Shown: positions 54,658 through 64,000 of the stretch, piece by piece
Position numbering within the stretch: the first letter of the stretch is position 1
How the letters are laid out: each line of letters starts with the position of its first letter
Assembly: GCA_023515725.1 (NCBI GenBank)
Contig: JALDTO010000098.1
Location: forward strand, 832,164 to 896,163
Source: Amoeboaphelidium protococcarum X5
Taxonomy: Eukaryota > Fungi > Aphelidiomycota
DNA length: 64,000 bases
Direction of reading: 5' to 3'
The notes under the pieces: generated by a model
What the model was told of the DNA's origin: nothing
The model's database searches: none
Seen by the model: the letters and a program-made list of their open reading frames with translations, nothing else
Position numbers and translations under genes: made by a program

Positions 54658-55326
54658 ATGAAGAGCTTTTTGAACATTGCAATTATAGTTTCAGTAGTCT
54701 CAAGTGTCCCTCTTCCTGGTAAATAGGAACAGGGTGGCGTTGGCAAGGCGGGTTTCGGTGGCTTTGATGTTACTTAACCAGCTCAGTCGCAATAGGCGCA
54801 CCAAGTAGTTGGGTATCCTTATGCCTCAGCTGGTACCAGTTTCTAGTATCCACCGTAATAGCATGCTGATAATGGTGCAAGGGTTTATGGTCAAAGAAAT
54901 CAGGTATTTGGGACTAGAGCATTTCAAGCTTAGTATCCCACCATGTAAGGAATGTAGCATGACCATGACGCGTCAAAATTTCACTAGCATCACCACTATG
55001 GATAAAGATCGCGTAATGTTTAAGCTTTCTAAGTTGTTAGTTAGGACTCCCGTTAAGGCCATGGAAGAAATTATGGCTCAGTGGTACCTTTTCCTGATTT
55101 GGGCTATGCATCCAATCCTGTTGCACCATTGCCTGATTTATCGCCTGTTCTAACTGCCAATGTTGCTGGTCAAGGTCAAGGCATAGGCTCTTTGGGTCCC
55201 GATTATTTTGCTCGTCCTGACATTGATGGTGCCACTGGAAATCTGCCAGATACTCTCGGAGACGGCGGTAATCTCGATTTTGGGGCTGCAGATTGTGACT
55301 GTGCCGGCTGTTGTGTCATTTCATGA
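54658..55326 (+). CDS. Secreted Gly/Gln/Pro-rich orphan protein ending in CDCAGCCVIS (CaaX-like), 222 aa
   Basis: Signal peptide MKSFLNIAIIVSVVSSVP; single frame to TGA TGA TGA; TATA-like tataaaa upstream. Confidence 0.75.
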
Positions 55327-55628
55327 TGATGATCAATAATAGAGTATATAAGTTACAAAAATGTTTTTAGCTTTGAAAATGGCATTTGTCGATTGACCAG
55401 TTTCCAATCTGAGCGATTGCGACTGTCAGTCAGTCTCGACTCTGTTTTCATAGCATTACGGGGTATGGAGTGAACATGGAATAAATCCTAGTAGGACAGT
55501 CCCCTCTAATGTCATCGATTAAAAAGTTAAAGTGGATTATCTGAGGACTGCCGTCTTAGTATGGCATTTGATACCGGAAGACTAGAATAATCGATTATTA
55601 TTCGGGTCCGCGTTCTATTCAAGTAGGT

Positions 55629-56126
55629 ATGACGAAGAGTCTGGATGTTGCCTGCTATGTATTAGTCAGCTTGTTGTCTATACAAAATATCGTAGGAAAC
55701 GCACTTCGGTCTATACAATAAGAGTTATGGCTCGCGCCGGTTAATGGCCTTTGGACTGGTCTCCTCAAATCTTCTGGTAATCAAAGGCTTTCACCGTGCT
55801 CTGGGTTTGCCCCCATTGTTGTCGAGGAATCCACCTTTGCTTATGCAAAATTATTAGATGAGATATTGGAGGTGCCCTACATGTGCACGGTTTCTTACGA
55901 CGTGAGTGCAGAACAGATTATACAGATGAAGTAAGCTCAATGTGTTGCCCATACCAATTTCTTTGTTAACCACGCCGAGGTAAATGAGATCCGCAAGCAT
56001 TTATCAAATTGGCGTTTGTATAAACTAAGTGATAGGGATGAATATTTCGCAATAATTATTCCAAAGGAAGTACCAGCGTACTCGTGTTGCTGTTTGAACA
56101 AGCGTCTTTACTTAGAATATGCATGA
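55629..56126 (+). CDS. Orphan 165 aa protein with hydrophobic N-terminus (possibly secreted)
   Basis: ATG-to-TGA ORF under TAR=Gln: MTKSLDVACYVLVSLLSIQNIVG...CCCLNKRLYLEYA*. Confidence 0.45.
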
Positions 56127-56766
56127 AGCAGTAACTACAGACAGCTAATGCTTAAAGTAAACGAATCCGATTCAACTCTACGGCACTGCAAATTTCCGGT
56201 AAATATCGTACAACCTGAGCGGCATTTTGATCGAGTTGCGTCTGTGAATGGCACCATACATGTTAAGTACGTAAAGATCGTTTTCAAATTTATCTGTTGA
56301 AATCTCCAGTCGTTTAGCACCGTACATCATGATATACAGGCAGGGTCCAGTATATTCAGAACTGAGTGGGTAGTTGCACTAGAATTAGCCTTATACTCAC
56401 CCGGCTCTTTGAAATGATATCATTGAGAGTACTGTGTATCCAACCACTCACGTACGCTCAGAAGAGAAGCCAAGCTACAGCACGGCGAGCCATCTACAAT
56501 GCTGCGCTCTGCCAGAGGAAGCGCATTGGTTACTAGTATAATAAAGGGAACTCACCGGGGAAATTATAGATCACCATTGATTGAGAATAGGTGTCATATC
56601 GGAAACAAATAAAATCTTTCGTCTTCCAAATGGATGGAATGGATGTTTCAGCCGTCAAACAGGAGCCGTCCGCGGTCCGCGGTTTTTTGAAGCGACGAGC
56701 CCGTTTCAACCATTAGCAACGACGCGATTCATCATGTTCTGATCCTTGATCAGATAATAACGCATA

Positions 56767-57246
56767 ATGACGGTTCCAAATAACAACAACACCCAGCAAT
56801 AGGATCCAATACGTGAGTTGGTGGGTAGCGTCATGAACAAGTTTGTCAACGGTCAAAGAACTGATGTCGATACAAACGAGTCTGGCATTGTCGCGCCATT
56901 ATCGGTCCACATGTCACCAAGAAGCATGGCTGCCCGTCGCAACGAGATGGAACACGAATATCACACTGTAAATGAAGCTTTTGCCATCAAGATCACGAAA
57001 TTACGTAACTAAATTGAAGTCATGGCCTAGCAAGGAGATGCTACTGATAACAGTGCAATGTTGCAGCAGATGGAGAAGGAGCTGCAGAAGAGCGGTGAAT
57101 AGTTCTAACGCGACAAGTCGGCGGCTGCAGAATCTCTGGATCTGAAAATTGCGCGTGCTCAGGATGATGAGAACCGTCAGCTTAATCATTGGTGCATTGA
57201 TGTTCAAGCCTTTAATCATCGTAATGGGTATAAGACTGATTCCTGA
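56767..57246 (+). CDS. Hypothetical coiled-coil protein (159 aa), copy 2
   Basis: MTVPNNNNTQQQDPIRELVGSVMNKF...NGYKTDS*. Confidence 0.7.
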
Positions 57247-57418
57247 AACCAGTTTGATTTAGGAAGTCCATGACTGAGGGCCTTTACGCCGCAATACTTT
57301 TTTTAATCTTGCATTAGAAGAAAATTTTAAACCAGGCTTTATGATATTTTCAAATGGCAGTATATTTCATTGATTCATTCATTCATACATTCATGATATT
57401 CGCGTCATTTCATCAGTA

Positions 57419-58330
57419 TCATTCCCAGGTTGGCATTGGGTAAGGCTTCTCGTAACCATCCTCAGGCTTCTTGTCATCTTTGCCATAATCCTTCTTGTCA
57501 TCTTTACCATAATCCTTCTTCTCCTTGCCGTAATCTTTCTTCTCATAGTCCTTGCCATAGTCTTTCTTCTCATCTTTACCATAGTCTTTCTTGCCATAGT
57601 CCTTCTTCTCATAGTCCTTCTTCTCATAGTCCTTGTTGTCAACCTTCAAATCTCTGACACCATACTACTTTACGTGATCATATCCGTAAGATGGCTCATC
57701 GTATCCATAGTGTGGCTTTTCAACTTCATAGTCGTGCTCCTTTTTGTTCTCGTAGCCATAATCTTTCTTGTCACCAGAGCCATAATTCTCCTTGTCGCCG
57801 TAGCCATAGTCCTTCTTCTCACTATCATAGCCATAAGTAGGAACCTTATAGACACCAGTCTTATCATCATATCCGTAACTATTGTTAGAGATAGATCTGC
57901 TCTCGTAATCCTTCTTACCATAGTCCTTCTTTTTATAGCCATAGGAGACGCGCGGATACAGCTGGCAGATACCACGTAGTTTCAACCCATAATCTTTGCG
58001 GACATTGATGGAACCTTTGCCAAACTTGCTCATTGGAGTCAAAGCCAGTGGAGTCTGACCATACTTTTGCTCATAATCATCGCCATTCCAGGAGCGAATC
58101 CAAACAGGATCCTTTCCCAATTTCTTGGACACAAATTTGGACAGTGGATTAAAGTTCTCAGAAGTGACATCAATCAGAGAGTAGCCTTGGATCTTGCAGT
58201 ACTTGGACGCGTCATGATACTTCAACTTTGGAGTCACCAGCACCTTGAAATCCTTGTGATCATCAGCAGCCACCAAGTTGGAGGAGCACGCGATGATGGT
58301 TGCAACAGTTGCCAAGATTGTAGTCTTCAT
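57419..58330 (-). CDS. Secreted lectin-like/KKDYG-repeat protein (303 aa), copy 2
   Basis: As copy 1, minus one 13-aa repeat unit and with one F-to-Y change. Confidence 0.85.
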
Positions 58331-58928
58331 TATTGGTCACTTTCAGGATGTTTGGTATTGGAGAAAGAGATGGACATGGTATCATTGATCCTTTTATAGT
58401 GGTAGAGGTTATATCAGATCAATACTGTTTTAGAAATCTGTCAGACTGGATGATCTAGTAAATCAACAAGAGGCTTCAGGACTCATCAAACTGGCATTAC
58501 AGTTCAGCCTATCAATCATAATCGCATCACTTACAAACCAGAGTTAAGAAATTAATACACTACTTATGGTCCAATTGACTGGCTGTATCGCAATAAGCCA
58601 AACAGCACCTGGATTCGAAAACTACGATAGAGTTAATCGAGATAAGTCTCTCAACAGATCCATCATTAAGTTTACGGAAGACGCGATTTTAAGACCTGCA
58701 ATCGTGATGAACTATATACACTTTAACAATAATGCCCAGTCTTGCTAGTTAAATCATTAGTTGAATTAAATGAGGAAATTATAAACTTGTCTTGTAACTC
58801 TTTCTGGACATCGCCGTGAGCGGAAACTCTTTCTCCTCCTCACCGTATCCAACGATACAGTACAGATTGCGCTCAGTATACGATGTAACGACGTAGGAAG
58901 CAGTATCATTTATAGAGTCAAGATAAAG

Positions 58929-59719
58929 ATGAGTATGACGAGAAAGAGGATGACCCAACACCTTACTGTGCTATCACTGCGTATTGTAAGTACCCATTTC
59001 GCTGTCACTCGAAAATCATGTCTCCGTGTAGTTGTAACATTATTCATAGTGGTGACTTTGTGCCTGAGTTATATCATTACTGGTTCTTACACTTGGGGAT
59101 ATGAATTGCCAAATTTTAGAAGCAAAGCTATAGTAAAATTTACATCGAGTTGGTTACCACGTCATTGTTATAATCTTTGAGCACAATTTGGTAGTAATCT
59201 GGATATTTGAAAGAGCTAATGTTCAGCGAGGATGAACTGAAGCAGTACGATGGAAGTGATCCGTCAAAGCCGATATATCTTGCAATTGACGGCAATGTCT
59301 TTGATGTCACCTCTGGACGTGCTCACTACGGACCTGTAAGTATGTTGTTTTGGAATAAATTCAAAGTGACGAAATGAGTTGTAGGATGGTGGATACTCAT
59401 TCTTTGCCGGACGTGATGCTGCAAGAGCTTACGTTACTGGTTGTTTCAAGGAGCATCTAACTCACGATCTGCGCGGATTCACTCGAGATCAACTGAATGT
59501 AAGTATTTTTATAGTTTATCTTTCGCCGAAGTATTGCTATTAATTACGTCAATTCGTGTGATGTAGCAAGTGAAAGATTGGGTAGACTTTTACAAGAGTC
59601 ATGCAAAGTACGTGTATGTTGGAAAGGTTATTCACCCACCAACGAGTCCGGATACTCCCATCCCTGAAGATTGTAAGAAGAATAAGAAGCCTCAGAAATT
59701 GCCACCCAATGCTTCATGA
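58929..59719 (+). CDS. Cytochrome b5-like heme/steroid-binding protein (MAPR; neuferricin/Dap1-like), multi-exon
   Basis: FSEDELKQYDGSDPSKPIYLAIDGNVFDVTSG, YGP|DGGYSFFAGRDAARAYVTG, W..FY...KYVYVGKV; GTAAGT donors. Confidence 0.9.
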
Positions 59720-59950
59720 ATTCGTGGCTTTGTATTGTATAGTGTATTATTGTATCCTATAAATAGTAAGCTAAATCATGTTCTTGAGTTTGGTGCTATT
59801 TTTAGTATCAATCAGCTCTAAATAGAAACTTTTGTCGACAAAAATAGAATGCACCCCTTCCAACCGTGATATATAAGGTGATCATTACCTTTGCCTTCTT
59901 TCTATCTCATCGGATAAAAAATTCCTCCTCTCATAATATCAATATCAATA

Positions 59951-60838
59951 ATGGATTTCCTTAATGCTGATTTTTTGTCAAACTGGATGCAAGAGCCAGA
60001 GAAGGTTGCGTTGTCGCCTCTGCAGAGCGCTGGACTTGACTTTCTGAGCGACGAAGATTACTTGACTGACAATGAGTTTGATCTCAGCTCTCTGTCTAAA
60101 TCGTCTACTCTGGACTCTCTGCTGAGCGAGGTTTCTATTATGGGGAGTGTCAGTGATAATATCAACATTTCGAATGAAAATCTTGCAGCTGCCAAGAGTG
60201 ATGATCCAGCTGATATTGTGTCATCGTCAATGACTAGCCTGGCATCTGATGCTACCGCTCTAAGTGGCTCCGAGTAGTAGAACACCAAAAGACGTCGATT
60301 GACGTAAGATGAGACGCGTGTACTTATGAGTGTATTCATGAAGACTCAGCGTCCTTCGCCTGCATTGAAACAGCAGCTGGCCCAGTAGCTGAACTTGAGC
60401 GTCCGCAACGTGCAGATCTGGTTTCAGAACAAACGCGCCAAAACTAAGCGTCATCGCAATGATTTCATCCTGGATCAGTCGGTCACCCAGATTCCATAGG
60501 AATTCCTGTAAAGACCAGGTGGACTCAAGATTATGTCCATAGCTCCTAAGCCTTAGATGCAATTGAATCATCAAATGCTTTATAATCCTTACACCATGTA
60601 CTCTATGCCTCAGCTGTATCAAATGCCACTAAAGTAGTAAGATGGTTCAACCGCTGAATTGTCGGATCAGGCCAGCTTGTTTGAAATAAACTTCAACCAA
60701 GATCAAGGAGTTGGTGAGACGATGATTGCTGAAGAGCAGCAGTCTCTCGGTGTACAGTAAAAGAGAAAATTGCGATCTATCGACTCTACGAGCCAACCAG
60801 AGATTATGAATAATAAGAAGGGACGTGTGGCTATGTGA
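59951..60838 (+). CDS. Homeodomain transcription factor with acidic N-terminus
   Basis: KRRRLTQDETRVLMSVFMKTQRPSPALKQQLAQQLNLSVRNVQIWFQNKRAKTKR. Confidence 0.92.
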
Positions 60839-60915
60839 AGATTGTATTAAATTAAAGATTAATAAATCTAAAGATAAAACCATTTGGTACCATTATCTTT
60901 TGATTCATTCATACT

Positions 60916-62271
60916 TCAGTGGAGCTTACTGATGGCTTCAATCAGATTTTCGTACTCACTTCTGATGCTGGATGCATAGCGCACAACCTTCTCTTTAGAG
61001 TCCAAAACTTCAATACTCTCAGTATAGGCATTGTAACGAACAGAAAACTACCTATCCATGCTTGATGCAAACTAGCGAACCTTCTCTGTCGCGTCTCTAA
61101 ACGATTCCGCTACAAAGTACTGAGGCTGATACTGAGTAATAGGATAATCAGTCACGGCCGCCTTCTCCGGATCAAATGGCAACAACTTGGGCTCCGTACC
61201 AACACAATACTCCAACTCACCAAAAGACGACAGCAGCCCGGCACCATACGCCTTAATCTAATCCCCCTCTTTGCACACACCAAATTCCACAGTGAACCAA
61301 TAGATGGTTGCCAGCTTCTTAATATCATCATCAGACGCGCCCAGTGATGCCAAACCAATTTCCTGACTAAACTCTGCAAATTCAGGATCAGCAAACAGAG
61401 GAACATGTCCAAGCAGTTCATGGCAAACATCAGGCTCAGGAGTGTAAAATGGCTTGGAATGATGTCTAATGTACTAAGTAGAGTGGAAGACGCGAAATGC
61501 CAGACCATTCAAAAAGTCTCTAGAAGAGAGTAATCCCATCACGGGACGCAGAGTGAACCCAGTACAATCTTTCAAAAATCGGGAAATATCTTCTAGCTGT
61601 GGAATATTCTTATCGCTATATCCACAATTTTGAATCAGTAGAGGGAACACATACTAGTGCTATCTGCAAGCGTGAGTTGGGTACAACTGCGTGAGCTTAT
61701 TAAAAACAATACTCCACGTCTACAACTCACTCTCCGTATACTCAATGTGAGGAATAGGCTAGTTGGTCTTGTAAGTTCTCGCAATAGCAGTAATCTCATC
61801 ACGTCTCTTTCGATACTCCAAATCCTTAAATCCGGGATGATCAGCATCCAGTTCAGCGCCATAAGACAGCACCTTCTCCGCGAAAGAGTCAAGATCGTAC
61901 TTGCGGCGAGGAAACCATGGTATTGCCTTGGAGTTTAAAGACTGCGGTGATGATGCCACAATGTTAACTTTACTGACAACACCTTTCAGTGAGTTTACCA
62001 CAGCATTCACGCGGCGCTACTCTTCAGCAGGATCCTCCTCGCCCTTGGTACCATTATTATCGCTGACAGTCTTCTGAAAATTGAGTTCAACGAAAAAGTC
62101 ATAATCATACTCTGCCGTAATAGATGGACGAGATTCAATGCGGCTCAGATTGACACCCTACTACTTCAAAATCTACAACACCTCATCCAGTGCACCAATC
62201 TTGTCGCTAATAGAGAAGAGCAATGTAGTCTTTTAATGGGCGACAGGTGACGTTACCACAGACTTGTACAT
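60916..62271 (-). CDS. PAH: Phenylalanine-4-hydroxylase (ACT + biopterin-dependent hydroxylase domain)
   Basis: [92 protein letters not shown]. Confidence 0.95.
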
Positions 62272-62652
62272 TTTCCACAGTCTTGGATGTTAAAGCCAAC
62301 AAGAATCTAGATGGTTATTATGCACAACGACCAAATATGGCTTCCCGGGAATGACAAGAAGAGGATCTGTTAAAAAGACAAAACAACTCTCTCAGAATCA
62401 AAGCCGAAATCAGCGGAGGCTTTCTTTGTTGATGATCTGAGCAAATCGTCAATCAGTCAAGCAAGAGCCATGAACATTTCACTCGTCATCGCGTTCTGAG
62501 AAAGCTCTGATAGGCTCGGCTGTGATCGGCAACGCGTTTCTGTTTCAACTTTGAGTTACGGTTTCAAGTTGAGCTTCTCTGTGGGTGTAAAAGAAGGTGA
62601 ATATCTGACTATCTATCTGCATAGTATCTTTTCAATACCAACACTTGAGAAT

Positions 62653-64000
62653 ATGACCGTGAAGGATGGGTTTAATGTGCCATTGAACAACTGCTGCCAG
62701 GTGTGTGGTGGTTTTGTTGAATTGAAAAGAGGAGATTTCGTTGCTGCCCACTCAGTGTAAGAGTGTCCTCTCACGGTCACGCCTGATTCAGAGGACGCAG
62801 AAGATGGAATTGCTTAATTGATATCCATTCTGAACCACATTAGTGAACGCCTATCTGATTGTGAAATTTAGGAAATTATTGTTGAACCTACACTTTAGAG
62901 ACTGGCCTTGCGTAAAGCCTTAATTGAGTAGCATCTACATCGCTTGAATGTTGCTTTGATTTATTATGGTCCTAGAATTATTTACTTTGAATATAATAAA
63001 CCAGTAGTAGATGAATTATCGAATGATGATTCTGCTGCATAGAACGCTGTTGATAGCATACCGTAAAGTTAGAATAATCAAGATGGTTTGGATGACTTTT
63101 TATGGGATGATGCTCAAGTTCTACAGTACATTCAGTCGAGTGCTGAAGATCAAATATAGTCTGATTAATAAAATGTTCAAGGTAATAGTAATAATAAAAG
63201 TCTTAAGCGCAAATTACTGGAGATGGTTGGATCCGATGATGAATATTAAATCTTCAAGTCTAATTTGAATCTCTAAAAGAGTACTACTAATAAAGCTGTA
63301 TAGAATAACATTCTCACTGGCGTTGATATTATTGATAACGGGGATGATAATTCGAATGATGTTGACAATGATGATGATGATAGCGATAGTGATTCTCTCT
63401 TTCCTGAGAATCGTGTTAGTAAGACCAGAGAGCCTGGGGATGAGTATAGAGATGATGATGAGGTGCAAGTTACGAAGGATGAGCTATTAGATTTGTTTGA
63501 ACTGAGTGCTGAAGTGGCCGAAGATGAAGCTGGTGACAGCTCAGGAAATTCATAATCTAATGAGGAGGTGTAAGATAATGCTGCTGCTAGAATATAGTTG
63601 TTTGACCAAGAAATGCTTTGCTAGTTCCAGTAGTAGCTATCAGAAAATCTCCAAATAGTATTGTAATCGCTCGCTATTTCTAAAGAATTTCAACTGCTTA
63701 ATCTATAAAACTTTAATTATTGGAAGTTATAACTGTCTGGTTTTATCGATTTGGTGAGATTGGGGATGAATGATACTTAATCCACGTCGACTATGCTGGA
63801 CCAAGTGCCTCTTCTTAAAAATTAATTGCCTCTGCTAGTCAAAACGATCAAGGATATCGAACATGCACCAATCTCTGCAGACTTTAATAAAGGCTTGCTC
63901 CAGAATTGGAATATCATGGGCCAAGCAGCGTCTCTGAACCGCAAGAAGAGGACGCACATCCCCTTTCCAAACTCGTTGTAGATTCTATTAATGAACCTTG
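62653..64000 (+). CDS. Hypothetical protein with acidic low-complexity middle; runs off the window end
   Basis: Frame appears TGA-free from ATG 62653 to the end of the window under TAR=Gln; no recognised motif. Confidence 0.6.

Larger units (their letters stand above)
56704..58421 (-). repeat. Right arm of the inverted duplication
   Basis: Reverse complement of 49039-50796. Confidence 0.97.

Noticed and set aside
49039-58421. Classical TIR transposon with transposase
   Set aside because: No DDE transposase ORF or target-site duplication seen; the arms contain host-like genes and fade gradually at the outer edges.
58470-58960. Minus-strand open stretch next to the right arm
   Set aside because: No clear start or motif, and it overlaps the MAPR start region.

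Overview
Gene-dense eukaryotic (fungal-grade opisthokont) nuclear DNA that does not use the standard genetic code. TAA and TAG are read as Gln and TGA is the only stop (translation table 6), which is why the supplied ORF track is fragmented. Read this way, the window resolves into about 40 compact genes with short GT-AG introns (those sized run about 55-75 nt). They include PUT1, a Cdc11-like septin, PTPA, NNR1, MON1, a lipase, RAD23, XRN2, ARV1, MTG1, MRPL32, GCN5, PLPBP, TRM11, RAE1, a TBC RabGAP, RPL39, FPR3/4, CCT2, PBS2, NI9M, AP-3 delta, a MAPR, a homeodomain factor and PAH. The code plus fungal-like genes points to an aphelid such as Amoeboaphelidium protococcarum (inference). The unusual part is 49.0-58.4 kb: two nearly identical ~1.75 kb inverted arms, each carrying a secreted lectin-like/KKDYG-repeat gene and a coiled-coil gene, enclose ~5.9 kb of orphan or degenerate ORFs. 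Immediately inside the left arm, invisible to a standard-code scan, lies the C-terminal part of a Fanzor/TnpB-type RuvC nuclease that itself uses TAR=Gln. The same interior holds a signal-peptide protein ending in a CaaX box. Other oddities: a 2x6TM adenylyl-cyclase-like membrane protein with no catalytic domain, a possible stand-alone TEAD YAP-binding-like domain, and a tandem pair of orphan membrane proteins. All calls are by manual translation and motif recognition; no database search was run.
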